In this document: piece after piece, positions 20,400 through 30,900 of the stretch
Layout: every line of letters starts with the position of its first letter
How positions within the stretch are numbered: the first letter of the stretch is position 1
Origin: Planctomycetota bacterium
Lineage (GTDB): Bacteria; Planctomycetota; PLA2; JAEUHO01
Direction: 5' to 3'
DNA length: 64,000 nucleotides
NCBI GenBank assembly: GCA_050248855.1
Contig: JBFWRP010000013.1
Location: 49,797-113,796 of the forward strand
Notes under the pieces: model-generated
The model's input: only the letters and a program-made list of their open reading frames with translations
Database searches by the model: none
What the model was told of the DNA's origin: nothing
Program-made: the position numbers and the translations under genes

Positions 20400-21422
20400 G
20401 CGCGAGACGCCGGCGGCGTCCTCCATCGCCGCTGAGCAGTTGCGCACCAGGTTCTCGATGATCGGCACGAGGCGATCGGGGGAGTTTTTGTCGGGCGGGC
20501 GGAAGCGCACCACGCCGGCCGTCCCCACGATCAACGCATCGGCGGCTTCCTCGGCCATCGCCTTGGGATCCAGCTCGATGCCGACGGCTCCCAGCGTCCG
20601 CCGGTAGTGCTTCCAGACCTCGTCCTCGATGCGTCGGCGGGTCTCGATCGTGACGCCCTCCACGAGGATCCGCACCACGTCCACCACGCCGGGCCCGCGG
20701 GCGGCATCGGGCCAGTCGATGATCACGGGTTCTCCGTCCGCGCGGAACATCACGTTGTCCAAGTGCAGGTCGGAGTGGATCAGCGTGGGCGTCGCCTGCG
20801 CCAAGCGCGCATGCGCGGCGAGGACATCGTCGGGCAGTGACTCGACGCGCCTTCGCATCCATGGCGACAGGAGGTGCGACCACCACGCGAGGAACTCGGG
20901 TAGGCGCTGGGCCGTCCGCTCGCTCTGGCCCTTCGCGTCCTCACCCCATGCGCGGAAGCCGTCCAAGGCGCCCGGGCTCGTCGTTGCGTGATAGGCCACC
21001 TGGATCTCGACCACACGATCCACCAGCCGCAGGGCCTCCTCGGGCGTGGCGCCCACGATGGCATCCCCCTGGCGCGCACCCGCGAGGTCTTCGAGCACGA
21101 GCAGTGCAGCCTCTTCGTCGCGGAACGAAGCGATCAGGCGACTGGTGGCGCCCGGCGCCCGCCAGCCCAGGCTGCGGAGGGCGTGGCCCTCACGCGCGGA
21201 GCTCTCGGGTTTGGACCACTTGAGGATCAGCGTCGAGGTCTCGCTCGCGGCATCGAAGACCGTGACGCGCGCGACGATGCCGTCCAGGCCGAAGCCCACG
21301 CCGATGCGCTCGACGTCTGCCCGCACGATCGGCGCTCGACCCGGCACCTCCCCCGCCAAGCGACGCTCCTCGAGCCAGCTCGTGGACACGTCCGTCAAGG
21401 CATGGGGGAAGGTTGCCGCCAT
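20394..21422 (-). CDS. Aminoglycoside/choline kinase-like phosphotransferase (APH family)
   Basis: LILKW, LLVLEDL, TLIHSDLHLDNV and IIDW motifs. Confidence 0.88.
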   Translation of the reverse strand: MAATFPHALTDVSTSWLEERRLAGEVPGRAPIVRADVERIGVGFGLDGIVARVTVFDAASETSTLILKWSKPESSAREGHALRSLGWRAPGATSRLIASFRDEEAALLVLEDLAGARQGDAIVGATPEEALRLVDRVVEIQVAYHATTSPGALDGFRAWGEDAKGQSERTAQRLPEFLAWWSHLLSPWMRRRVESLPDDVLAAHARLAQATPTLIHSDLHLDNVMFRADGEPVIIDWPDAARGPGVVDVVRILVEGVTIETRRRIEDEVWKHYRRTLGAVGIELDPKAMAEEAADALIVGTAGVVRFRPPDKNSPDRLVPIIENLVRNCSAAMEDAAGVSRS

Positions 21423-21531
21423 GCGCGGAACGTACCCGGACACGGACGCATCGCCCCCTCGTGCCGTGCGATCTCTCCCCGCGCACGTACCCTACTCGCT
21501 GCCGGGCGCGGCCCGCGCCTGGAGGACTGGC

Positions 21532-22398
21532 ATGGAGGCGACGGCGTCGGGCGACCGCTTCTTCGTGGCGCGACGCGACGAGGTGGCGTGGACCCAGGAG
21601 GTCCTCGATCCGAAGGTGTGGTGGCCCGCCGCGCTGCACGTGGACGCGGGCTCCGCCGGCGACACGTCGTTCGCCGTTCACGGTACGCACTTCCGCTTGG
21701 AGCTGGATCCCCCCTGTCTCGTCGTGCACGCCCACGACGGCCGGCTGGAGAGGGAGCAGGTCCTGGCGGTGGTCGACCTCATCGCCGCCCAGGTGCACCG
21801 CGCCACGGGCCGTGAGGTGCGCGTGTTCGGCTCCGCGGCGCGGGGGTCCTCCCCGCACACCGCGGGAGGCGTACCGACCAAGGGATCCCGGTGGCCTCGA
21901 CGGGCCGCAGCCATCGCCATCTGGCTCGTGGCGTTCGGCCTCGCCGTCCTCCCGCTTCCCCAAGGCATGCCCACGCGGATCCGGATCGAGGGCCAGCTGG
22001 GCACCAAGCACTTCGCCGGCGATCGGGCGTACACCTGCCTGCTCGCTCGCCCGCTACCGGGCGACCCCGAGCTCGAGGCCGCTTGCCGCTCCGCAAACGC
22101 TTTCCCCGAAGAGCAGGGCCGCCTGCGCATCGGCATCGGAGGGAGCCCGCCGAATCGAGCGACTTCGGTGTGGAGCAAGGACGGGACCTTCGAGATCCAC
22201 GTGTACGCCGAGCGTCCCCGCTGGGCCTCGCTCGCGGGCTACGTCGACTGGCTCCCGGACTGGCACCCGAGCAACGTCGTCGACGACTTGGTGCTTCTCC
22301 ACCCGGGCGAGCCGCCCGTGGCCATCCCGCTACCGTCCGGCACCGTCACCTCCGACGACGACGGTCGGAACGTGACCTGGAACGTTGGGCAGCTGTAG
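21532..22398 (+). CDS. Hypothetical membrane-anchored two-domain protein
   Basis: GGAGG RBS, a central TM segment (AIAIWLVAFGLAVLPL), and a C-terminal domain paralogous to 19884-20399. Confidence 0.7.
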   Translation: MEATASGDRFFVARRDEVAWTQEVLDPKVWWPAALHVDAGSAGDTSFAVHGTHFRLELDPPCLVVHAHDGRLEREQVLAVVDLIAAQVHRATGREVRVFGSAARGSSPHTAGGVPTKGSRWPRRAAAIAIWLVAFGLAVLPLPQGMPTRIRIEGQLGTKHFAGDRAYTCLLARPLPGDPELEAACRSANAFPEEQGRLRIGIGGSPPNRATSVWSKDGTFEIHVYAERPRWASLAGYVDWLPDWHPSNVVDDLVLLHPGEPPVAIPLPSGTVTSDDDGRNVTWNVGQL

Positions 22399-22479
22399 GC
22401 AGCACGACCGTGGTGCGATCCCGCGGCCGCGATCCGTACGGGGTCCTTGAAGGCGCAAGCGCGCCCGAAAGGAGCCCCC

Positions 22480-23244
22480 ATGAACGCTGCCTGGTTTCCC
22501 GCTGATGCCCAAGTGATCGAAGTCGCCAAGCTGATCGCCGAGAAGGGCATGAGCCTCGCCGAGGCCATGGCCAAGGTGGGCGTGCAGTGGAGCGAGAAGA
22601 CCTTCGAGGCCAACGTGCGCCGAGTCGCCGCCCGCAAGGGCTTGAGCTCGGGCATGCGCGGCATGCTCTCGCGCGCCCTGCAGCGCGGCATCGGCCAGTC
22701 GCTGATGACCAGCGCCGCCGCGGCGGGCGGCATCGGCGCATGGATCGCCGCTCACCCGTTGCTCGCCTTGGCCTTGTTGGCCGCCGCGGGGTTCGCCACG
22801 GCTGGCATCGCGCAGGCCGCAGGCACGTGGGCCGCCGACGGCCCTTCGGCCATCGCGGGGACGGGTTCCGGCCGCACACCCCATCAGGGCGAGGCACCGA
22901 TCGAGGGCGGCGGCTGGCTGCCTGTGGCCGTCGTCGCCAACGGAAGCGACCGCATCGTCTCGGTGCGTAGCGTGGATGCGATCCGTCAGGGCATCCACAT
23001 GGCCAACTTCCGCCACGGCGGCGTCGCCCGCAAGCCCGCCCAGCTGCGCATTCTCGCGGGCTCGCTCGATCGGCCGTTCCGCGATGCCGGAAGTGCCACG
23101 GAGGCCCTGGCCAACCTGCTCACGGGGCCGCTGCGCAAGCCGCCGCTCGCCGAGGGCCGCGTCGCCAACCTGGGCGGCAAGAGCGTCACCGTCGACGACT
23201 GGGGTCGTGTGGACTGGGTGGTCCTCCGCGATCGCGTCCGCTGA
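22480..23244 (+). CDS. Hypothetical protein with central hydrophobic segment
   Basis: AAAGGAG RBS, strong GC3 bias, and an Ala/Gly-rich hydrophobic hairpin in the middle. Confidence 0.75.
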   Translation: MNAAWFPADAQVIEVAKLIAEKGMSLAEAMAKVGVQWSEKTFEANVRRVAARKGLSSGMRGMLSRALQRGIGQSLMTSAAAAGGIGAWIAAHPLLALALLAAAGFATAGIAQAAGTWAADGPSAIAGTGSGRTPHQGEAPIEGGGWLPVAVVANGSDRIVSVRSVDAIRQGIHMANFRHGGVARKPAQLRILAGSLDRPFRDAGSATEALANLLTGPLRKPPLAEGRVANLGGKSVTVDDWGRVDWVVLRDRVR

Positions 23245-23270
23245 ACGATCCGATCGTCGACGTCAAGCAG

Positions 23271-23302
23271 CAGGGGCGAGACGTCGTGACGTCTCGCCCC
23301 TG
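23271..23302. terminator. Hairpin between convergent genes
   Basis: CAGGGGCGAGACGT-CGTG-ACGTCTCGCCCCTG, a 14-bp perfect stem. Confidence 0.65.
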
Positions 23303-23308
23303 GCTCGT

Positions 23309-25864
23309 TCAGAGTCGCGGGTCGACCGGCTCGGACTCGAGCGCCAAGACGCCGAACACGCACTCGTGGACGCGATACAGCGGCTCACGCTCGACGAAGC
23401 GATGCAGCGCCTCCAGTCCCAGCGCGTACTCACGGAGCGCGAGCGAGCGCTTGCGATGCAGCGACCGCGCGCGCAGGCGCTCCAGGTTCTCGGGGGCGGT
23501 GTACTCGGGACCGTAGATGATCCGCAGGTACTCGCGTCCGCGGCACTTGACGGCGGGCTGAACGAGCCCGCGCCGCCCGCGCGTCAGCGGCTCGAGCGCC
23601 TTCACGACCATCCCCTCGCCGCCGGCGGCCGTCCGCTCCTCCCACCACGCCGTGGCGGCCTCCTCCTGCGTCGGGTCCGTGAGGTCCACCTCACGCCACG
23701 CCGTGGCCAAGAGCCAGCTCGGATCCGTGGCGGCGACCTTGGCCAGGGCTTCCATGTGCCAACGATGGTCGCGAACGGCGTGCACGGCGCCTTCACCCGC
23801 CAGGATCTGGAAGGGCGCCACGCGAAGGTCATCGAGTCCATCGACGGGCCAGCAGTAGCGCCGATAGGCCTCGACGTAGTCCTGCAGCATCTCGAGGCGT
23901 GCCGCCGTTCGCTGCTGCAGCTCGGCGCACTCCGGGACACGCGCTGCAGCCAGCTCGAGCAGCTCCACGGCGCGCGTCAGCCCTCGCGTGCCTGCTGTAC
24001 CCACGGCTGCGTACTGCGTCTCCAGCAAGGCTCGAGCCTTGGCCGACCACGGCAAGAGCTCCGCATCGAGGCATAGCCACGACGTGTCCAAGTCCTCCCA
24101 GAGACCTGCGCCTTCGACGGCTCGGGCGACGCGCGCGACGACAGCCGCCTCGAGGTCGGCGTCGGTGAAGAACGGACGGCCGGTGCGCGTATACACGACG
24201 CCTTGCTTGCCGTCCGCAACACCGAATCGCGCGGCCGCGGTCTCCGGATCGCGTGCCAGCACGAACACGCTGCGCGAGCCCATGTGCTTCTCTTCACAGA
24301 CGACATGGGGTACGCCCGCCTCCCGGTAGTAGGCGAACGCCTCTCGCGGGTGCTCCAGCGACGGCCCCTCGCGGCACGTCTCGGACGGTGACATCGTCGG
24401 AGGCAGGTAGACAAGCCATCGCGGGTCGACCGCGAACCGGCTCATCACCTCGAGCGCCCCGGCGGCATTCTCCCCGCGGAGCGTGACCGTTCCCCGGATC
24501 CGCGTCGACACGATGCGCTTCCCGATGACGTCCTGGAGGTCGAGCAGGTCGTCGTAGGCGCGCCGAGCTGCCGCAGGCGGCGCCTCCTCGGTTCCGCCGA
24601 GCGGCTTGGGCGACTCGTACCACGTCTTGTGCGCGGGCACGTCGACGAGCTCGCGCTCCGGGTAGCGAAGTGCCGTCAAGCGCCCCCCGAACACGCAGCC
24701 CGTGTCGATGCACAGGGTCCCGTTGACCCACTGCGCCTCGTAGACGGGCGTGTGGCCGTAGATGACCGCCGCCCGCCCGCGGTACTCCGAGGCCCAGTCA
24801 AAGCGCACGGGCAAGCCGAAGTCGTCGGTCTCTCCCGTGGTCTCCCCGTACAGGGCGAAGTCGCGCACGCGCGCGGAGGCCCGCCCCTGGTAGGCCTCCT
24901 TCATCCCGGCGTGCGCCACCACCAGCTGCCCCCCGTCCAAGAGGACGTGGCTGACCAGGCCCCGGATGAACTCCTCGACCTCGGCTCCGAACCCCTCGGG
25001 CTCCCGGGCCAGCTGCTCCAGCGTCTCGCCCAACCCATGCGTGATGCGCACGTCCTTGCCCGCCAGCTTGCGCTGCAGCTTGACGTCGTGGTTGCCGGGC
25101 ACCCAGATGGCACCGCTCTCGCGCACGGCGGCCATCGCGAGCCGCAGCACGTCGGGCGACCGCGGCCCGCGATCCACCAAGTCGCCTACGAACACCAGGG
25201 TCCGGCCCTCGGGGTGATGGACGCGAGGTGACGTGCCCGCCTCGGCAACGACGTAGCCAAGCTTGTCCAGCAGCTCCAGCAGCTCGTCGTAGCAGCCGTG
25301 CACGTCGCCCACGATGTCGAAGGGCCCCGTGCGATCCCGATGATCGGTCCACAGCTTGGTGCGCTCGATGGTCGCCGCCTCGATGGCCTCCACGCCGTCC
25401 AGGACGTGGATGCTGCGGAATCCCTCGCGACGCAGCCCGCGCACGTGTCGTCGCAGCTGGGCCAGCTGCTGGCGGACGACGTGTGGACCGAACGAACGGT
25501 CCTCGCGGGCTTCGTTGCGCTCACGGCACACCTGCGCAGGCACGTTCAACACGATGGCCGCGGGCAGGCAGTCGTGTTCCCGCGCCAGCTGCACGAGGGG
25601 TTTGCGCGAATCGGGCTGCACGTTGGTGGCGTCGACCACGGTCAATCGCCCAAGCGCAAGGCGGGCTCCCACAATGTGGTTGAGCAGGCGAAAGGCCTGC
25701 GGCGTAACCGCTTGGTTGTTGGCATCGTCGGAGACGAGCCCCCGGCAGGCGTCGGACGAGACGACCTCCGTCGGGAGGAAGTGCTTGGCCGCAAACGTGG
25801 ACTTGCCACTGCCACTCGGGCCGATGAGAACGACCAGGGAGAGCTCGGGGATGGTGAGCTTCAT
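23309..25864 (-). CDS. pnkp: Bacterial polynucleotide kinase-phosphatase-ligase Pnkp
   Basis: Kinase P-loop GPSGSGKST; phosphoesterase motifs GDVHG, GDLVDRG and GNHD; ligase motifs EEKHMGSR and EGMVVK; C-terminus ESEPVDPRL. ATGA overlap with hen1. Confidence 0.97.
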   Translation of the reverse strand: MKLTIPELSLVVLIGPSGSGKSTFAAKHFLPTEVVSSDACRGLVSDDANNQAVTPQAFRLLNHIVGARLALGRLTVVDATNVQPDSRKPLVQLAREHDCLPAAIVLNVPAQVCRERNEAREDRSFGPHVVRQQLAQLRRHVRGLRREGFRSIHVLDGVEAIEAATIERTKLWTDHRDRTGPFDIVGDVHGCYDELLELLDKLGYVVAEAGTSPRVHHPEGRTLVFVGDLVDRGPRSPDVLRLAMAAVRESGAIWVPGNHDVKLQRKLAGKDVRITHGLGETLEQLAREPEGFGAEVEEFIRGLVSHVLLDGGQLVVAHAGMKEAYQGRASARVRDFALYGETTGETDDFGLPVRFDWASEYRGRAAVIYGHTPVYEAQWVNGTLCIDTGCVFGGRLTALRYPERELVDVPAHKTWYESPKPLGGTEEAPPAAARRAYDDLLDLQDVIGKRIVSTRIRGTVTLRGENAAGALEVMSRFAVDPRWLVYLPPTMSPSETCREGPSLEHPREAFAYYREAGVPHVVCEEKHMGSRSVFVLARDPETAAARFGVADGKQGVVYTRTGRPFFTDADLEAAVVARVARAVEGAGLWEDLDTSWLCLDAELLPWSAKARALLETQYAAVGTAGTRGLTRAVELLELAAARVPECAELQQRTAARLEMLQDYVEAYRRYCWPVDGLDDLRVAPFQILAGEGAVHAVRDHRWHMEALAKVAATDPSWLLATAWREVDLTDPTQEEAATAWWEERTAAGGEGMVVKALEPLTRGRRGLVQPAVKCRGREYLRIIYGPEYTAPENLERLRARSLHRKRSLALREYALGLEALHRFVEREPLYRVHECVFGVLALESEPVDPRL

Positions 25865-27255
25865 CGGACGAACACCGCCATCTGGGTCGGCGTCCCCAGC
25901 TCGGGATGGGACGGGCCCACAGGCAGGAAGCGAGCGGCGTAGCCATGCTGCACCGCTACGCGGCTTGCCCACGCCTCGAGCTCGGCCCGGCTCCACTCGA
26001 ACCGGTGGTCGGCGTGGCGAAACGACCCCGTTGGCAAGGTCTCGAAGAGCGCGTTGTACTCGCTGTTGGGCGTGGTCACGATCACGGCGGCAGGCCGCGC
26101 AAACTCGAAGACGACCCGCTCGAGCGCCTGCAACCGCGGCAGGTCCAGGTGCTCGATGACCTCCACGAGGCAAGCCGCATCGAACCCGGCCAAGCGCGCA
26201 TCTCGGTAGGTCAGCGAGCCGTGCAGGAGCTGCAGACGCTCTCGCTTGCGGGGCGGCATCTGGTCGACGCGCAGTCGCTTCTCGGCCAGCTCCAGGGAAC
26301 GAGGCGAGACATCCATGCCGACGACCTGCTCGAACTGCTTGTCGTCCATCAGCGTCCTGAGCAGCTTGCCCTCGCCGCAGCCGAGGTCGAGCACCCGACG
26401 GGCGCCTACCTCCTTGAGCACGGCCAAGACGGCACCGCGACGTAGGTCGTCGAGACGAATGCGCTCCTCGAGCACGTCCTCGCTTCGCGCGCCGGCCTCC
26501 GTCCGCACGTCCGGGTCGACGCCGTCCTCCTCCACCAGCTGGGCCATGGCCTGGCGTGCCAGACGCGGCTGCCGGTACAGGTAGCGTCGCGCGATCAGCT
26601 CGCGCTCGGGATGTCCCTGCAGCCAGCCTTCGCCCTTCTCGAGCAGCTTGGCGAGCTCGGCCTCGTCGACCCAGTAGTGCTTGTCGTGGTCAAGCACGGG
26701 CACGAGGACGTAGAGGTGCGTGAGAAGGTCCCGCAGCCGTTGCGTTCCACGGAGCTCCACGCGGTAGTAGGGGCTCTCGCCCCAGGCGGGGAACGCCTCG
26801 TCCAACGGATGGCGCGTGACATGCACCTCATAGCCCAGCGGCTCGAAGAGCCGGCGTACGAGCGCCTCGCCGCCGCGCGCCGGCAGGGGCTCGACCACGA
26901 CCTCCAGGGCAATCGCCTGGTCCGCGAGCTCGGGGCGACCCTTGCAGCGCCCCCCCATCGCCGAGCCCAGCACCTGGGCAATGGCCACGCCCAGGAACGA
27001 CGAGGCCACGTAGGGACGGTCGTTGACGTACTGGCCGAGCGTGGCCGCACCCGGTGCCTTGCGACCTCGCACCAGACCCACGGGGTCCAGGTCCAGGAGG
27101 AGGGCGGCCGTACAGCGCTGCTCGCTGCACTCGGGGTAGAAGACGTGCGCCTTGCCGAAGGCCAGGTCGAAGGTCTGGCACCGATCGGGGTGCTTGACCA
27201 GCAGGTAGCCCAGATCGCTGGCCGGCTGGTGCGTGGTCGAGATCGTGAGAAGCAC
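25861..27255 (-). CDS. hen1: 3'-terminal RNA ribose 2'-O-methyltransferase Hen1
   Basis: N-terminal LLTISTT...DLGYLLVKHP and YVNDRPY; methyltransferase motifs VLDLGCGEG, EVIEH, TTPN and RHADHRFEW. GTG start after GGAG. Confidence 0.97.
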   Translation of the reverse strand: MLLTISTTHQPASDLGYLLVKHPDRCQTFDLAFGKAHVFYPECSEQRCTAALLLDLDPVGLVRGRKAPGAATLGQYVNDRPYVASSFLGVAIAQVLGSAMGGRCKGRPELADQAIALEVVVEPLPARGGEALVRRLFEPLGYEVHVTRHPLDEAFPAWGESPYYRVELRGTQRLRDLLTHLYVLVPVLDHDKHYWVDEAELAKLLEKGEGWLQGHPERELIARRYLYRQPRLARQAMAQLVEEDGVDPDVRTEAGARSEDVLEERIRLDDLRRGAVLAVLKEVGARRVLDLGCGEGKLLRTLMDDKQFEQVVGMDVSPRSLELAEKRLRVDQMPPRKRERLQLLHGSLTYRDARLAGFDAACLVEVIEHLDLPRLQALERVVFEFARPAAVIVTTPNSEYNALFETLPTGSFRHADHRFEWSRAELEAWASRVAVQHGYAARFLPVGPSHPELGTPTQMAVFVR

Positions 27256-27528
27256 GTTCGCTCTCCGAGGTCTCCGTCGGGGGAGCGCCCGTCCGTGGTG
27301 TCGAACCCGGAAGGGTACGGGGTAGGACGACGCACGCGCAAGAGGGTGCGCTCGATGGCCGGGCGACGGGATCTCGCAGGGCAACGCCCGAGGCATGGCA
27401 GCCTGCGTGCGATCGCCCTCGCCGACAGCCACGATGCTTCTCGCGGACCGTGTCGCACGCGACGACGGTGATCGGGCGGATCTGCGTGCGTGCGTCGGGG
27501 TACGCTTGCGCGGAGGAAGCTCGCGGCC

Positions 27529-27960
27529 ATGAGCGACGACGCGCCGGCCCGCCCCTACGACTGGCGATGCCCCGCCTGCCAGCTGCCGTTCGAGTACGGC
27601 TGGGTGCAAGCGACCGGCGGCGACGGCACCGGCGGCGGCCTGTTCTGGTCGTGGTCCGACGCCCGCGAAGGACTGTTCGGCTGGCAGCTGCCCCGCCACG
27701 AGCTCGTGCTCGGACCCGCGGGCCGCGCCGACGGCATCTGCCTGGCAGCGCGCTGCTCGGGCTGTGAAGGCGTGTTCCTGCGACCCGACATCACGCCCCA
27801 TGAGCTGGACGGACTCGCACCTGACGCGGTCCCCTGCCTGGCATGCGGCGCGGAGATCCCCGAGGGGCGCGACACATGCCCGGCGTGCGGATGGACGTAC
27901 GAGGCCGCTGCACCGGTCTCCGACACCGGTCCGGCGGACGTGTCGGACACCTCCGACTGA
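27529..27960 (+). CDS. Zinc-ribbon protein (DUF6487-like N-terminal part plus C-terminal double CxxC)
   Basis: GGAGG RBS and four CxxC pairs (CPAC, CSGC, CLAC, CPAC). Confidence 0.7.
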   Translation: MSDDAPARPYDWRCPACQLPFEYGWVQATGGDGTGGGLFWSWSDAREGLFGWQLPRHELVLGPAGRADGICLAARCSGCEGVFLRPDITPHELDGLAPDAVPCLACGAEIPEGRDTCPACGWTYEAAAPVSDTGPADVSDTSD

Positions 27961-27996
27961 TCAGCGAGCTCACCGCACGCGAGCTCGGCGACGGAT

Positions 27997-30900
27997 CTAC
28001 TTCCACCAGGTCGCGCGGCCCCAGGCCACGTACACCTCACCGCCGTTGGCGAAGAGGTGGCCGAAGCCCTTGGCGCGGTTGGCGCCGGTCACGAGGTCCG
28101 GGAAGCCATCGTCGTTGAGGTCGCCGACGGCGAGCGCCGTGCCGTAGCGCACGACCACGGCCTTGCCGTAGAAGCGCGTGGGGGCCTGGCCCGTCGGATG
28201 GGTAGCGCCGTCCGTCCGCACCTCGAACTCGAGCGTGCCCACCAGCGGCAGCCACGCGCCACCGCGGACGATCGTCACCTCGCCCACGTTGGCGCCGATG
28301 CTGTCGAGCGGGCCGCGCGCCTGGTAGTCGCCGATCGCCAGGTCGGCGTTGCCGTCCAGGTCGAGATCCGCGACCACGAAGGCGTCCCCGAACGAGTGAC
28401 CATCGGCTTCGCCGTGCAAGCGGAGCAAGGCCGTTGGCGGCACCTGGCCGAGGTGGAACGCGTGCCATGTGGCACCGCCAGGCAACAGCGTGGCGCGCTG
28501 GCCGCCGAAGAGCACGGCCACCTCACCGCGGTTGCTTCCCACGTTGCCCCGGCCGTCGGCCAGGAGCGCACCGCCACAGAGGTCGTCGTAGCCGTCCCCG
28601 TCGTAGTCGCCGGCACCCAGGCCCCAGGCGAAGAAGTCGCTCGTGTCCTCGCCGTGCACGACGAAGCCGGGAAGGGGCGAGCTCGGGCCGCCGCGGACCT
28701 CGCGGTAGAGGCCCCCACCGCCGGGCAGCAGCGTGGCCCGCGGGGCGCCGAACCACACGATCACCTCGCCGGCCGACGAGCTCGAGTTCGTCAGGCCGTC
28801 GCCACCCGTCGAGCCGCACGCCATGTCGTCGTAGCCGTCGCCGTCGATGTCGAGCGCCGCGGCGCTCCAGCCCAAGCTGTCGCTGGCGTCCTGGCCCATC
28901 AGGCCGAGGTGCGCAAGCGCCGTGGTGCCCGGGCCCACCTGGTCCGCGGCGAAGCCGCCGACCAAGCCCAGGGTGGCCTTGGGTGCGCCGAAGATCACGT
29001 AGACGGCGCCCACGTTGGACCCGCCCGTCACGTCGGCAAAGCGCGCGCCGACAAGCACGTCGAGGATGCCATCGGCATCGACGTCGCCCATGGCCATGCC
29101 TTCGCCGAAGCGATCGCCGCTGGCGGCCCCGTAGACGCGCAGGATGTCGAAGCCAGCCACCGCCGTCTTCCCCAGCTGCAGCGTGGGCGATGGGAAGCTC
29201 GCTTGGCCGAAGATGACGAACATCTCACCGCGGTTGGACTCGTTCTCCAGCGGCCCGTCCGCGCTGTGCACGCCCACGAGGATGTCCGCGTAGCCATCGT
29301 CGTCGAAGTCGCCCACTTGCAGGGCGCTCTCGATGCCGGGCTGGTCGGCGTGGGTCTCGAAGCTGATCGTGAGATCGGCCGCACCGGACGCCGTGGACAA
29401 GTCGCGAAGCAGCGGCAGGTCCGAGGGCCCCTGGCCCGTGGCACCGAAGAGCACGTAGACCTGACCCACTTGCTGGCCCGACCCGGGCACGACCTCGGCC
29501 GCGTACGCGCTGGCGACCACGTCGGTGATGCCGTCGCCGTTCACGTCACCGGTGGCCACGGCGTAGCCGAACTGGCTGCCGTCGTCGGCTGCGCCGATCA
29601 CGAGGTCGTAGGTCGTGGTGAACACGCCGAAGCGCGTGCCGTCGTCGACCAGCGACTGGCCCAGCAGATCCTGAACCGTCGTGAGCACCTCGACGTGGAT
29701 CCGTTGCTGGAAGCCCAGCGGGGCGTCCGGCACGAAGCGCGCCGTGAGGCCGTCGGGCAAGAGCTGGATCGTGCCGGTCACGGGCTTGTTCTCGGCATCG
29801 GTCACGACGACGGCGCCCGCCAGGGTGCTCTCGTCGACCAGCTTGCTGAAAGTCACCTCGACGACGGCATCGACATCCACCTGCGCGGCGCCCGACGCCG
29901 GCGACAGGGCGACGACGCGCGGAGCCGCGATGGCCGCGCCCAGCGCCTGGGTGCCCAGCACGAAGCGCGCATCGCTCGTGGCCGGCGGTCGGGCGGTGCT
30001 GGTGGCGCCGCCGTAGATCACGACGCCACCGCCTGGCAGGGCCTCGACGGCCGCGCCGGTCGCCGCGATCGGCAGGGCGTAGGTCGAGAGCACCGACTCC
30101 GTCGAGGGATCGAACACGTCGATGGTCGCGGCCACGCCACCGCCATCCAGCTCGCCGCCCACGAGCGCGATGGCGCCGTTGGCAAGCACCACGGCCTGCG
30201 CGCGGGCCCGGGCCACCGACAGGCTGGCGGGAAGCAGCGTGAAGGTGTCGGTAAGGGGGTCGTACTTCTCGATCGAGGCCAACGCGTTGCCGCTGCCGTC
30301 GCGACCGCCGAACACGAACACGTTGCCGGTGGGCGCCAGGGCAGCCGCGGCCTGCTCGCGTGGTGTGTCGAGGGTGCCGGCGAGCGGATCGACCTCGCCG
30401 TCGTCCTCGGGCAGGATCACCGCGGCGGAACCGAGCACGGTGCCCGCGTCGTCCACGCCGCCGGCCACGAGGACGGTGCCGCCGGGCAGCGGCACCACGA
30501 TCGCGCGCGTCCGCGCCTCCGGGAGCGCATCGGCCAGCGTCACCATCGCGAGCGCCGTGGGGTCCAGCGCCTCCACGGTGGCGGTCAGCGCAGGGCCCGT
30601 CTCGGTGGCGCTGCCACCGACCACGACGATCGTGCCCTCGGTCGTGGTCACGACGCTGGCATCGCCGCGCGCAGCGGCGAGCAGCGGACCCGGCACGAAG
30701 AGGTCCGTGGTGGGATCGTAGATCTCGCTGCTGTCGGTGGCCGAGAGGCCCGCGCCATCCTGGAAGCCACCCAGCACGATCACGCGGCCATCGGGCAGGC
30801 GCGCCGCGCCGGCCTTCCAGCGCGCGACGGTCATCGAGCCGGCGGTCGGCGTCCACGCGAAGCCCGTCGACGTGCCGATCTCGGCGTCCGCGCGCGGCAC

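Noticed and set aside
20394..21422. Aminoglycoside-resistance kinase
   Set aside because: Only generic APH/choline-kinase fold motifs are visible, so the substrate cannot be inferred.
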